Counted from the stretch's first letter, positions 1 through 10,890 are shown. The stretch is DNA of 60,918 nt from Desulfosarcina sp. (GCA_030145105.1 JAQYWF010000001.1:1-60918), one strand, 5' to 3'. Numbers and translations: made by a program. The notes: generated by a model from the sequence alone, not told the origin.

Positions 1-449
1 AATCAATCATCAATAATAGATTCTTCTATCGCACGAAAAAATGCCTTGGGGAAATTGCAGATAGCTTGCCAGTATGTCGCCAAGTTGTTAGATTGTAGAC
101 CAATTACAAGTACCACTACATAATGTGGCGGCTGAATTGCCAGTTCAGTGCAGATTACATTTGGGAAAAAAATCTATCACAGAAATGTAGCGACCTGAGA
201 TTTATTGAGATCATCTTACCAACAAGAATCATAGCATTTATTTCCGATATGCTTTGATGATCTTGAACGTACCACGGGAACGGTTATCGGCGCATGATTT
301 GGTCCGCTGTGATTATTTTTCGGAATCGCATGAATTTTCAAAACTGATATCTGCATGGTCGTTGGAGATAATTTGATTTCGTAACGCTCTCTTGCTTGTT
401 CTTGTTACGGGCAAATACGCCCCGATGGTAAGCAATTGCTTCAACATTG

Positions 450-1112
450 TTAAGACGACGAGTAAATAAAGTCCATATCTGGTTTCTCCGTCGAATAGAA
501 ATGCACCCAAATGTAAGCGTGGCTAAACGCTGCGACAGCAAGTGCCGCAGAAGAATTAAAACCAATGGCAATGGCCCAAAACAAAAGAAAAGCATAAAGA
601 TACATGCCGTTACTCGTAAATCGAAAAATTCCCTGCCTAACAAAAGGCATGTCGCGGTATCGTATGTCAAAATGATCAGCACCCGCCGCTCGCTTTAATC
701 CAAAGTACCGCAAGACGCTGTACATAGCGTAGATACCGAGAACGGCAAAAATTCCGGCAATAGAAATTCGCTGAAAAACCCCAAGATGCAAACTTCCGCG
801 GTCCTCCCAAGCCAACGCAAACAAGGAAACGAATCGACCACCAAATAGCAGAAAAAAGAACACGAGATATCCTCGGAAGCCAATGATCTTGCTCGTTACT
901 GCTGATCCTAATTCAAACCTCCACGCCAACCATACGAAAACTTGGTGCACGATTGGAAAAGATACCGCGATCCAAAAAAAGCTTGGATACGGCTTGCCCA
1001 GACAAAACCAAATTACAGAAATACCAGCAAGTAGAGCCAGTAAGCAAAAAGTGTTCAGTCCCTGGCCACTCCATATACTAGGGGGTATTGCGGGTTTTTC
1101 TTTGTTCTCCAT
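450..1112 (-). CDS. Phospholipid/isoprenylcysteine methyltransferase-like membrane protein (PEMT/PEM2 family)
   Basis: Multi-TM protein with 'GADHFD..YR.MPFVRQGIFRFTSNGMY' and C-terminal 'YSTEKPDMDFIY'. Likely start MENKEK at 1112; the ORF track extends to 1223. Confidence 0.65.
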   Translation of the reverse strand: MENKEKPAIPPSIWSGQGLNTFCLLALLAGISVIWFCLGKPYPSFFWIAVSFPIVHQVFVWLAWRFELGSAVTSKIIGFRGYLVFFFLLFGGRFVSLFALAWEDRGSLHLGVFQRISIAGIFAVLGIYAMYSVLRYFGLKRAAGADHFDIRYRDMPFVRQGIFRFTSNGMYLYAFLLFWAIAIGFNSSAALAVAAFSHAYIWVHFYSTEKPDMDFIYSSS

Positions 1113-1301
1113 ACACAGGCCCCGTAACACAAATAAATATACAGTTCTGGATATCATCACAATTTTAATGTTATCTAATTGAGATACCGATCGTGTCGCA
1201 ATAAGGATATATTGAGGTATCACTGCTTTCCATTAAGCTCTTGAGAGCTGCAATATCTTGCAGTAATCCTAAAAAATAGAAAAACTCGTGAACGTTGGAT
1301 T

Positions 1302-2384
1302 CTACCTTTTGGATTTTTTTTCCTTCATGACAGATTTAACAAATTTTCCAAACTTTTTATCTTTTCGCTTTTTCTCTAAATATGACATTTCATAAAAAGC
1401 AGATTCTTTATTTAATTTTAGAAAATTTTGATAACGTTCCTGTGAAATTATTCCGTTCTTTAATGCAGCCACTATTGAACAGCCTTGCTCTTGTGTATGG
1501 GAACAATCACTAAAACGGCATTGATTTGATAACTTTTCTATTTCATCGAATGTGCTATGAATACCAGTAGTAACAGCAAAATTGCCGATTTCTCGCATAC
1601 CTGGTGTATCTATGATCATTGCCTCGTTTTTCAAGTTTATTAATTGACGGCGGGTCGTTATATGTCTTCCTTTTCCATCTTTTTCTCTAACACTATGCGT
1701 TTTAAGTCGCACTTCATCCAGAAGGTTATTTATTAAGGTGGTTTTACCAACCCCCGATGATCCAAGCAAACAATACGTTTTCCGAGGAACCAATAATTCT
1801 TTAACAAGTTTCAGCCTCGCATTGTCTTTATTGCTAAAAGGAACTACTCGAATGTCAGGAAATAGAGCATGAATTTCAGTAATTTTTTTATCTATCTCAT
1901 TAATGGGCAGCAGATCACTTTTACTCAATAATACAACAGGCTGGATATCGCTCTCATTTATCATGACCAAATAGCGTTCTAATCGTCTGAGGTTATAATT
2001 GGTGTCAAGTGACTGAACGATTAAACCGGTGTCGATATTAGTGGCTATTAATTGAAACTCAATTTTCTTACCGGATGTTTTTCGTTTTAGTACAGATTTT
2101 CTTGGAACAATCTCATTAATGATGGCTAAAGAATTTTTATCATAATATCGGGCAATTACCCAATCTCCTGTGGCTGGGAAGTCTAACGGAGAATTAGCAC
2201 TGAACATCAGTTTACCAGTTGCTTCGGCCGATACATCGCCTTTGCCGTTGTTAACCGTATAACTATCCTTATTTACAGCAGTGATTCTTGCAATTTGGTG
2301 ATCAATTAATTTTGTAGGATCAATTCTATCAAGAAACCACTTATCGAAACCTAATTGTTCTATCTTCATTGGCACATTTTTCAT
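1302..2384 (-). CDS. rsgA: Ribosome small subunit-dependent GTPase A
   Basis: Circularly permuted GTPase: SKSDL, GSSGVGKTT, GRHITT, DTPGMRE, Zn-finger CRFSDCSH...GC. Alternative start at 2369. Confidence 0.93.
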   Translation of the reverse strand: MKNVPMKIEQLGFDKWFLDRIDPTKLIDHQIARITAVNKDSYTVNNGKGDVSAEATGKLMFSANSPLDFPATGDWVIARYYDKNSLAIINEIVPRKSVLKRKTSGKKIEFQLIATNIDTGLIVQSLDTNYNLRRLERYLVMINESDIQPVVLLSKSDLLPINEIDKKITEIHALFPDIRVVPFSNKDNARLKLVKELLVPRKTYCLLGSSGVGKTTLINNLLDEVRLKTHSVREKDGKGRHITTRRQLINLKNEAMIIDTPGMREIGNFAVTTGIHSTFDEIEKLSNQCRFSDCSHTQEQGCSIVAALKNGIISQERYQNFLKLNKESAFYEMSYLEKKRKDKKFGKFVKSVMKEKKSKR

Positions 2385-2800
2385 AAATATTGCTCAATTT
2401 CATAAACCACGGTTGGTGCCGCCTGTTGTGGCTGGGCTCAACATTAAAAATTTTCAGATTGATAAAATTTCCAGTTCTTTACAATTTCAGATAGCATCGT
2501 TTTTGGATCTCAAATAGACTTAGATTATGCATCCAATTCCTTATGGTGACTTCAGTAGTATCCCCATTTCCACTTTTTTGGACTCAAGTGATCATCAGCC
2601 AATGACCCGATGTTCAAGTTGTCAGACCGAGCCCGAATGACATCCCTGTCGGCTCTATTTGTTGTTTTAATTTGATTCCAGTTCCATTACACTACTTTTT
2701 TTTAAAATGACCCACTTGGACTTTTATATTGTCAAACCTGTTGCTGCCGCAATAACGACGTGGTGCTTAGCCAACTATTTTATAGCAAAGGACGCCAGTT

Positions 2801-4651
2801 ATGCAACGTATCGTGGCGATTGTTTTGCTCTTCCTATTGGTGATCACAGGGTCAGCGTGGGCCCAGCCAGTCCAGACGCCCCAGCTGATGGCCCAAATTA
2901 AATGGACCGGCACCTCCTGGTTTGCTGCGCCGATTATTCATGATCTGGGGACAGGCATTCCCAAGTTGATCGGCACGTTTTACAGCATTTATGTGTGGGA
3001 CAAAAATTTTACCGAACTAGCGAAGATCTCACGCAACGGACGCATTTACGCCCCCGTGGTATGCGCCGACCTGGAGGGTGACGGGATCTACGAGATCATT
3101 TACGGCAGCACCAACGGGGAGGTCGGGGCCTACGAGTGGCGCGCCAACACGGTAGTCCTCAAAAGCGGCTGGCCCGCCTCTTCTTGCGATGCCGACCAGT
3201 GCCCCGAGGTACGCGGTTTAGCCGCGGGTGACCTGGACGGCAACGGCACCATCGAAGTGGTGGCCACCACCACGCAGACCAATGGCGGCGCCCAGGTTTT
3301 TGTCTTCAATCCCGACGGCACACGCTATCAACCACCCGGCATCAGTTGGCCCGCCTGGCCGCGCTACAACACCCTCACCGGCACCGGCAATGATGCCGAC
3401 GCCAACGGCCAGGGCAACCTCGGCTACGGCTGCTATGGCTTAAATGTGGGCATCGGCGATCTGGACGACGACCCGGAACTGGAGATCCTGGTCACCTTCG
3501 ACAACCACCAGATCAACGCCTTCGAACACACCGGAGTGAGTTTGCTAGCCAGTGATTATTTCACCAACCGCTCAAGCCAATACTATAATTACCGGCTTAA
3601 TTGGGGGCAGTTCATCCGCTGGTTCGATCCGCAGGTGGAGGAGAATCACTACGATTTGCACATCAACGACTGACCCCATCCCAGCAACGACAAATGGATG
3701 CAGTGGACCGCCTCGCCGCCGTCGGTGGCGGACATCGATGGCGACGGAAAAAATGAAGCCGTGGGCGTGTCCAACGTGGAAATGGATGTACCTTACGATA
3801 CCAAGCACCACGCCATCATGGTGCTGGAGGGAAATTACGGCGACGGGAGCCGCAGCGCCCGGCGGCTGGCTGGCTGGGAAAATCTGCCCTCATCGGGTTA
3901 TCCATTGAGCAAAACGATAAATTATTACCCGCCGTCAAACCCGCCGGCCCCCACCATCGTAAACCTGATAGGCGACGCGCGACCCGAAATCCTCTATGGT
4001 GCGCATGACGGCTACGTCTACTGCACCGGCCCCACCGCCACCCAGTTGTGGCGCCTCGATATCAGGCACGGCCGCAGCCTGATGTACGCGTCGGAAATCC
4101 TGGCGGCCGACCTCAACCGGGACGATATACCGGAATTGATCCTCACCACCTACGGTGAACCGGATGGTGTCGCGCCCGATGAGGCCCATGGCTATTTAAT
4201 GATCTTAGACCGCAGCGGTAACATACTTTATGATATCGAACTGCCTGAGCAAGGCACCAATGGCAACGGCAAAGGGGCGCCGGCCGCACCAACGCTGGGA
4301 GATCTGGACGCCGACGGCGATCTTGAAATCGCCGTGCAAACCTTTGGTGCAGGCTGTTTCGTCTATACGGTTCCCGGCTCCGCCGGAAATATGCCCCTCT
4401 GGCCGACGGCCCGCGGCAACTACCTGCGCGACGGAAGGCCTTGGCCTGCGGTCATGCCGGCCTGCAATGCAGATACCGATGATGACAACGATGTGGACGG
4501 TTCAGATCTGGTGGCGGTTGCCGCCGATATGGGAGTGACCGGTTGTGTTTCACCGTCTGACTGCCCCGGTGACATCACCGGTGACGGCAATGTGAACAAT
4601 GATGACATCGCCGCCATCGCTACGAATTTCGGACGGGCGCACTGTCCTTAA
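2801..4651 (+). pseudogene. Secreted FG-GAP/VCBS repeat protein with C-terminal dockerin-like Ca-binding repeats, interrupted by one in-frame TGA (3671-3673)
   Basis: ORFs 2801-3673 and 3698-4651 share a frame. Signal peptide (..GSAWA), repeated DLxGDGxxE motifs in both halves, and a 'DxDxDxDVDGSDL...GDITGDGNVNNDD' tail. Confidence 0.75.
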
Positions 4652-4806
4652 CATCATCGATAGTCCAATTGTTGACGACTTCGCTAAATCACCGAGAACC
4701 TGATATGATAGATGGTCTGATGAAAACCCCTCTAAGAGGTCCGAAAAAACGGGAATCGACGTCTATACATCAAAAGGTGTAACGGACAGCGACTGACCAT
4801 AAACCG

Positions 4807-5775
4807 ATGAATGTCCAACATCGAATGTTGCATATTGACATACCAGTGCCATCCACGCATTCGCTCTTGGTTTCGCGCCCCTATCGCCATATCCTTATCC
4901 TGGCCGATATCGAGGGCAGCAGCGGATGCGGCAGCTACCGAGCCTCGTCGTTCCTGACAAAGCCTTGGGCGAGCGCCTGCGCATCCATGTCCCGGGACGT
5001 GGACGCCGTGGTGAAGGGTCTCTTCGATGCCGGTGTCGACCGAGTGACAGTCAAGGACTTTCACCGCACCGGCTACAACCTGATGCCGGAGTTGATCGAC
5101 CGTCGCGCCCGACTCGTCTGCGGCTACCACCAAGGCCCCGTACCAGGTTTGGGCGATCCTGAAGACGCCGATGCGGTGATGATGATCGGCATGCACGCGG
5201 CAGCGGGCACCAGCGGTTTTCTGGCCCACACACTGACATCGCGCCTGACATCTCTGGTTGTCAACAGCCGCCCCCTGGCCGAAGTGGAATTGTTCGCTGC
5301 ATCCCTGGCCCCTTTCGGCATTCCGGTGGTGTTCTTTTCCGGCTGCCCGGTGGCCTGCGCCCAGGCAGACGAACGTATCGCGGGCATTCAAACTTTTCCC
5401 ATCGACAAAAGCATTCCCCCGGAAGCGCTTGACGCAGGCCAATGGCGAAGCGATCTCGCACGGGCAGCGATCGACTCCTTGTCCAACATATCGGCGGCAC
5501 CCTATTGTCCCGACGGTCCCTTCCGCGCAGAGATCACCATCCGTGAAGGGACAGCGGCTGCCGCAAAAATGGCCGACCCGTGGAGATTCAAACGCTGCGG
5601 CGCCACCGTGCGTATCGATGCGGATGATATTCACGCGCTGTACACCAGCCTGATCCGTCTTTGCTACCTGCCCCCGCTGGCCGAAAAGACCCTTCCCTTC
5701 AGCCTTGGCATTTACAATCTGGTCGGTCGCCTGGGCCGTCTGTGGGCCCGCCGACAGTTGAAGATCGAGTCCTGA
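4807..5775 (+). CDS. M55 family (DppA-like) D-aminopeptidase
   Basis: 'LADIEG', 'VTVKDFH', 'MIGMHAAAG...LAHT', 'GIPVVFFSG' match the M55 metal-binding pattern. Start uncertain. Confidence 0.75.
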   Translation: MNVQHRMLHIDIPVPSTHSLLVSRPYRHILILADIEGSSGCGSYRASSFLTKPWASACASMSRDVDAVVKGLFDAGVDRVTVKDFHRTGYNLMPELIDRRARLVCGYHQGPVPGLGDPEDADAVMMIGMHAAAGTSGFLAHTLTSRLTSLVVNSRPLAEVELFAASLAPFGIPVVFFSGCPVACAQADERIAGIQTFPIDKSIPPEALDAGQWRSDLARAAIDSLSNISAAPYCPDGPFRAEITIREGTAAAAKMADPWRFKRCGATVRIDADDIHALYTSLIRLCYLPPLAEKTLPFSLGIYNLVGRLGRLWARRQLKIES

Positions 5776-5777
5776 CA

Positions 5778-5806
5778 TTGACACCTGGACCGCCTTCATC
5801 TATACC
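5778..5806 (+). promoter_or_regulatory. Candidate sigma70 promoter upstream of the ABC-F gene
   Basis: TTGACA-N17-TATACC. Confidence 0.35.
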
Positions 5807-5983
5807 TCCACCCGTGTATAATAACTAGGCCAGCTATCTGTGTTGGACGGAATGGTTTGGACCAGCAGGCCTGTGCCGGTGCCGATCCACAAATGGTAGG
5901 TTGCGTTTCAGGCCAAGACCGAATTGAGGCGTTAAGGCATAGTTAACGTCAACTGATTAATACTTCAGGAAAATACAGATTCA

Positions 5984-6108
5984 GACGGCTTTGTAAAAAG
6001 TTCGAGATCAAGGCTTGCGAACACCGAGGAGCGAGGTGTATCGGGAATACTCCGCAGTGACGAGGGATGAAGCGTAACGCAGATATCGAGCTTTTTTACG
6101 AAGCCGTC
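5984..6108. repeat. 125-bp palindromic MITE/ERIC-like element, copy 1
   Basis: Terminal inverted repeats GACGGCTTTGTAAAAAG / CTTTTTTACGAAGCCGTC. 41 bp (6048-6088) are identical to 36857-36897. Confidence 0.85.
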
Positions 6109-6119
6109 CAATATAAAAT

Positions 6120-7982
6120 ATGATTAGTATCGACAATCTATACAAGAGCTTTGGCGGCCGCGTGCTTTTCGACGGCGTCAGCTTCAAGATCAACGCAAAA
6201 GAGCGCATCGGCCTGGTGGGGCGCAACGGCCACGGCAAGTCGACCCTGTTTCGCATCATCGTCGGCGAGGAAAGTTGCGATGACGGCGCCGTCACCATGC
6301 CCAAAAGCTATCGCATCGGTTACGTTCAGCAGCACATCCAGTTTACCGAAACCACCGTACTGGCCGAGGGCATGAAAGGCCTGATCGCATCCGAAAAAGA
6401 TCACCACTGGAAGGTGGAGAAAATCCTGGCCGGCCTGGGATTCTCCGACGGAGACATGGTCAGAAGCCCCCATGATTTCTCCGGCGGCTTCCAGGTGCGG
6501 CTCAACCTGGCCAAAGTGCTGGTCTCGGAACCGGATCTGCTGCTGCTGGACGAGCCCACCAACTATCTTGACATCACCTCCATCCGCTGGATTGAAAATT
6601 TTCTGCTCTCCTGGCCCCATGAACTGGTGCTGATCACCCACGACCGCGGATTCATGGACAAGCTAGTGACCCACACCGTGGGTATTCACCGCAAAAAGGC
6701 CAGAAAGATCGAAGGCAATACGGAAAAGTACTACGACCGAATCGCCCAGGATGAGGAAATTTACGAAAAGACCCGGCTAAACGACGAGAGACGCGAAAAG
6801 GAGATCCACCTCTTCATCTCGCGGTTTCGAGCCAAAGCCCGGCTGGCCAACATGGTCCAATCCCGGGTCAAAACCCTGGCCAAGATGGAAAAAAAGGACA
6901 AACTGGAGCAGGCCAAAAACCTGGAATTCTCCTTTCGCTACAAGCCTTTCAAGGCCAAGCAGGTGTCTACCGTTGAAGGTCTCTCCTTTGCCTGGGGGTC
7001 GCACCGGCCGCTTTTCGAAAATATGAACTTCTCCATTCTGGCCGGGGAACGCATCTGCGTCGTGGGCAAGAACGGCAAGGGTAAGACTACCCTGCTCAAA
7101 GTACTGGCCGGCAGTCTGCCCTCGGCATCGGGCCAGGTCACCTATAACCCGCAGGTCGAGTCCGGCGTGTTCGAGCAGACCAACGTCCAGAGCCTTGTGG
7201 ATAGCCGGACCGTTGAGGAGGAGCTTCTTTACGCCCAACCGGACGTGGACCGCCAGAAGGCCCGCAACATCTGCGGCGCCATGATGTTCGAGGGTGACAA
7301 CGCCTTGAAGAAGATCAGCGTACTCTCCGGCGGCGAAAAAAGCCGGGTGATGCTGGGCAAACTACTGGTCACCCCGGTGAACCTGCTGATGCTGGACGAA
7401 CCCACCAACCATCTGGATATGGACGCCTGCGACGCCCTGTTGGCCGCCATCGACAATTTTGACGGTGCGGTGATCATGGTCACCCACAATGAGATGTTTC
7501 TGCACGCCCTGGCCGACCGGTTGATTGTCTTCGATGACGTCGGTGCCTACATGTTCGACGGCAGTTACCAGGAGTTCCTGGAAAAGGGCGGCTGGGGGGA
7601 CACGCCGGCAATGACCCGGCGGCAGGATGATTCGGAGGTCGATCGATCACCCGACCCTCCCCGTCTCACGAAAAAGGAACTCAGGCGCCTGCGATCGGAA
7701 ATCATCACCGAAAAGTCAAAGGTGCTGAAGCCCATGGAAGATGCAATCGCAGTGGCCGAAAACAGTATTGAAAAAAATGAGGCCCTGCTCGACCAGTTGA
7801 ACCGGGAGATGGTCGAAGCGTCCGAGCAAGGCGATGGTGCCCGGATCGGCCCCCTCTCCCAGAAAATCCGCACCTGCCAGGAAATCATCGAAACCCGTTT
7901 CGCCGACATGGAGCAAATGGACGAACAGCGGCAGCGGCTGGAAAAGAAATTTGAAAGGCGTTTGGCTGGGCTGGAAGCCTGA
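6120..7982 (+). CDS. ABC-F family ATP-binding protein
   Basis: Two NBDs (GRNGHGKST/FSGG/LLLDEPTN; GKNGKGKTT/LSGGE/LMLDEPTN), no TM segments, C-terminal coiled coil. Confidence 0.93.
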   Translation: MISIDNLYKSFGGRVLFDGVSFKINAKERIGLVGRNGHGKSTLFRIIVGEESCDDGAVTMPKSYRIGYVQQHIQFTETTVLAEGMKGLIASEKDHHWKVEKILAGLGFSDGDMVRSPHDFSGGFQVRLNLAKVLVSEPDLLLLDEPTNYLDITSIRWIENFLLSWPHELVLITHDRGFMDKLVTHTVGIHRKKARKIEGNTEKYYDRIAQDEEIYEKTRLNDERREKEIHLFISRFRAKARLANMVQSRVKTLAKMEKKDKLEQAKNLEFSFRYKPFKAKQVSTVEGLSFAWGSHRPLFENMNFSILAGERICVVGKNGKGKTTLLKVLAGSLPSASGQVTYNPQVESGVFEQTNVQSLVDSRTVEEELLYAQPDVDRQKARNICGAMMFEGDNALKKISVLSGGEKSRVMLGKLLVTPVNLLMLDEPTNHLDMDACDALLAAIDNFDGAVIMVTHNEMFLHALADRLIVFDDVGAYMFDGSYQEFLEKGGWGDTPAMTRRQDDSEVDRSPDPPRLTKKELRRLRSEIITEKSKVLKPMEDAIAVAENSIEKNEALLDQLNREMVEASEQGDGARIGPLSQKIRTCQEIIETRFADMEQMDEQRQRLEKKFERRLAGLEA

Positions 7983-8023
7983 TTTCAGGGGTCGTCGGTC
8001 TGGTCACAGAAGTTTAAAAACAT

Positions 8024-8046
8024 ATCGCGGCTGGAAGCCGCTCCAA
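8024..8046. repeat. Single REP-like palindrome
   Basis: ATCGCGGCT-GGA-AGCCGCTCCAA (stem GCGGCT/AGCCGC), in the style of GTGG/GTAG-class REPs, downstream of a stop codon. Confidence 0.5.
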
Positions 8047-8156
8047 TACCTTAATCCCTGAATCCCTCAATTCGGTATTCTGCATTCGAATGGCAGCTGT
8101 GTCGATGACGATGGTCAGCCCGCTGTCACAAACGCATTCTGGGAGTAATTGTTTCA

Positions 8157-9695
8157 ATGGCAGACCGATCCATCCTGCTGATCAATCCACCGGTCACCAA
8201 ACCCTGCGAACCCCCGGCAGGAATGGCCAAACTGGCCTGGGCGCTGCGTGCCCAAGGGGTCGACTGCCGAATCTATGATGCCAGTATCGATGGCATCCTG
8301 GGCCTGCTCCACCAACCGATTGCGGCCGACGACACCTGGTCCCGGCGGGCACTGGCAGGCAGGGCGGCCAACCTCCATGCCCTGCGGTCCCTGGACCTGT
8401 ATCGCAACCGGGACCGCTACAAACGGGCCGTCATGGACACCAACCGGGCCCTTCACAAGGCTGGCCTTGAATTCGATGTCACCCTCTCCCTGTCCAACTA
8501 TGGATCGCCAGCCCTTTCACCGGTTCGCAGCGCGGATTTATTGCGGGCGGCCGAACAATTCGAATCCAATCCGTTTTATTCAATTTTTTCTGCAACGCTG
8601 TTGGATCTTTTCGATCAACGGGAACCGGCGTTCGTCGGCGTGTCGATCAATTTCATGAGCCAGGCCCTTTCTGCCTTTGCCATGATGGGTTTTATCCGCA
8701 AGCGATTGCCCCGGATTACGATCGTCTGCGGAGGCGGCCTGGTGACATCCTGGATGAACATTCCGAAACTTGGCAACCCATTTGCGGGACTGGTCGACCA
8801 AATGGTTTGCGGACCGGGTGAAAGCCGGCTGACCGAGATGTGCACGGGCAGAAAAGGCATTGAACCCACGATCACCGGCTATGATTTTTCTTGCGATGAG
8901 CCGGACCGCTATTTATCACCGGTGCACCTGCTGCCCTACAGCACCTCAAGGGGATGCTACTGGAAAAAATGCGCCTTCTGCCCGGAAACCGCTGAGGATG
9001 CGTCGTACTCGACCGGCACCCCACAGGCGCTGGTAGAAGATCTGAGACAGGTGGCCGCCCACAACTCAACCGGACTGATCCATTTTCTGGACAATGCCCT
9101 CTCACCACGGCTGCTGGGACACCTGATCGACCATCCGCCCGGCGTTCCCTGGTACGGATTCGCCCGGGTCACCCGGCACCTCACAGACCCCGGCTTTGTG
9201 AGCGGATTGAAAACATCCGGATGTGTCATGCTGAAGATGGGGGTGGAGTCCGGAGATCAGGATGTGCTGGATGCCCTTGGCAAAGGCATCCATATCGATA
9301 CCGTATCCCGTGCACTGGAAACCATTCACCAGGCGGGCATCGCCACGTACGTGTATCTTCTCTTCGGCACACCGCCGGAGGACGAGCACAGCGCCGCTAA
9401 AACGCTTAATTTTACCCTTGGCCATGCATCCTTCATCGATTTTCTCAATCTGGCCATATTCAACCTTCCGGCATACAGCGACGAGGCCGACAGCCTGGAT
9501 ACGGTGGACTTTTATGAAGGTGACCTTTCCTTGTACCGCGAGTTTATCCATCCCATGGGGTGGAGCCGGGAACGGGTGAGGCGTTTTTTGTCCAAGGCGT
9601 TTAAACGGCCTGCCGCCATCCGAGCGATCCTGAACAACGATCCGCCTTTTTTCACCTCCAACCACGCCCCTTTTTTCAATATGAAGAACGGTTGA
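8157..9695 (+). CDS. B12-binding-type radical SAM protein
   Basis: 'SRGCYWKKCAFC' CxxxCxxC, 'MGVESG', N-terminal 'LLINPP...PPAG'. Confidence 0.85.
   Translation: MADRSILLINPPVTKPCEPPAGMAKLAWALRAQGVDCRIYDASIDGILGLLHQPIAADDTWSRRALAGRAANLHALRSLDLYRNRDRYKRAVMDTNRALHKAGLEFDVTLSLSNYGSPALSPVRSADLLRAAEQFESNPFYSIFSATLLDLFDQREPAFVGVSINFMSQALSAFAMMGFIRKRLPRITIVCGGGLVTSWMNIPKLGNPFAGLVDQMVCGPGESRLTEMCTGRKGIEPTITGYDFSCDEPDRYLSPVHLLPYSTSRGCYWKKCAFCPETAEDASYSTGTPQALVEDLRQVAAHNSTGLIHFLDNALSPRLLGHLIDHPPGVPWYGFARVTRHLTDPGFVSGLKTSGCVMLKMGVESGDQDVLDALGKGIHIDTVSRALETIHQAGIATYVYLLFGTPPEDEHSAAKTLNFTLGHASFIDFLNLAIFNLPAYSDEADSLDTVDFYEGDLSLYREFIHPMGWSRERVRRFLSKAFKRPAAIRAILNNDPPFFTSNHAPFFNMKNG
9615..9678 (+). repeat. 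64-bp direct repeat, copy A (3' end of the radical SAM gene)
   Basis: Ungapped alignment to 16064-16127, 7 mismatches by manual count. Confidence 0.85.
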
Positions 9696-9982
9696 GGCAA
9701 TCGTTAAGCGGATCAGTATGTAATCGACATTCCGATGACAAATTGGTTGGACACAAGATGTTGGGCTGCCATTAATTCGGTTCTGATTCAATATTGGTTG
9801 ACCAAATTCCATCTAACTGGGTATAATACATCTATAGCTACCCTGATTCTCCAATACCATCTGATTTGAAGCGGTTTTATATTGGCAGAATTGAATCTTC
9901 TATTTCCCATCGAAATCTGCGGTCCTGCGAATAATCAAATACTGAGTTCTGTAGTTTAAAACCTTAAAAAAAGAATGCCATG

Positions 9983-10072
9983 ATGGCAGAAAAAGGTTTT
10001 AAACATTAGCTCGCCGCCATCATCAGCACCGACGCCAAACGTTACGGTCACCTCGTGTATGATGCTGAGGAA
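9983..10072 (+). pseudogene. 5' remnant of a class III adenylate/guanylate cyclase gene
   Basis: Reads MAEKGFKH*LAAIISTDAKRYGHLVYDAEE, resembling the 'RKLAAILSADVxGYSRLM' cyclase N-terminus. Internal TAG, no continuation. Confidence 0.55.
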
Positions 10073-10314
10073 CGATGCCCCCCAATCTGACGCCTTATGA
10101 TGTTTGGTGTCAAGGCCATTACCAAACCTTTTTTTTAACGCGAAGCTTATTGCCAAGGTAAAACTGCTTTTGAAAATACATAAGAAGATGCCAGACGATA
10201 AATTCAGAGAGATTGAAGTGCTTTTCATGGCTTTAATGTGGTTGCGATACCATCAGGAAAAACAGGAAATACCAGATCAACTTAAAATCGATCTCAAAAA
10301 AAAGGAGAAACATC

Positions 10315-10890
10315 ATGGAAAAACAAATCATCAATTATGAGACAATGCTTAAGGTTGCAAAGGCAATCTCTCACTCCAAAGACCCGGAAGAAGTTGCTTT
10401 AATTACTGTAGAAAGCATTAAGACAGCATTGAATGTCAAGGGGTGCTCTTTGTTTCTGTTCAATCGGAAAACAAAAGAACTGGAGCTGGCCACTTCATTC
10501 GGGTTGAGTGATGGGTATATAAGTAAAGGCCCTGTTAGTGCATTGCGCTCCATTGCCCAATCCTTGGAGGATGGGCCAGTGGCGATATATGATGTGATGG
10601 ATGATCCTAGAATCCAGTATCCTGAAGAAGCTCAAAAAGAAGGAATCTCCTCCATACTCTCGGTGCCCATCATTGTCGGGGGCAATTTGTTGGGGGCTGT
10701 GCGCGTTTATACCTCTGAACCCTGGGAGTTCACGCTGGATGATGTGAATTTTGTTGAGGCGCTGGCCCAAATAGCCGGAGGGGCAATAAATATGGCCAGG
10801 TATGTCAAAGGATTAAAAAGCAGCATCGAAGTCTTGAAAACGATGAAGGAAATTCAGACCCAGCGATTAACAAGCAAGACCCCCTTATAA
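10315..10890 (+). CDS. Stand-alone GAF domain protein
   Basis: AAGGAG RBS. 'SFGLSDGYISKGP', 'DPRIQYPEEAQKEGISSILSVPI', 'GAVRVY'. Confidence 0.85.
   Translation: MEKQIINYETMLKVAKAISHSKDPEEVALITVESIKTALNVKGCSLFLFNRKTKELELATSFGLSDGYISKGPVSALRSIAQSLEDGPVAIYDVMDDPRIQYPEEAQKEGISSILSVPIIVGGNLLGAVRVYTSEPWEFTLDDVNFVEALAQIAGGAINMARYVKGLKSSIEVLKTMKEIQTQRLTSKTPL

Noticed and set aside
1-312. Possible partial gene at the left edge
   Set aside because: No frame gave a recognisable protein.
270-2450. Integron cassette array (AT-rich, co-oriented genes; ATCCAAC right after the rsgA stop)
   Set aside because: No matching GTTRRRY or convincing attC hairpin, and no integrase.
3671-3673. Selenocysteine or genome-wide UGA reassignment as the cause of in-frame TGAs
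   Set aside because: Many genes here end normally in TGA. Only 15943 has both a CxxU motif and a SECIS.
5810-5980. Possible ncRNA or leader upstream of the ABC-F gene
   Set aside because: No recognisable family or stable structure by eye.
10104-10340. 78-aa ORF before the GAF gene
   Set aside because: No recognisable motif or clear RBS; it lies in a decayed AT-rich stretch.
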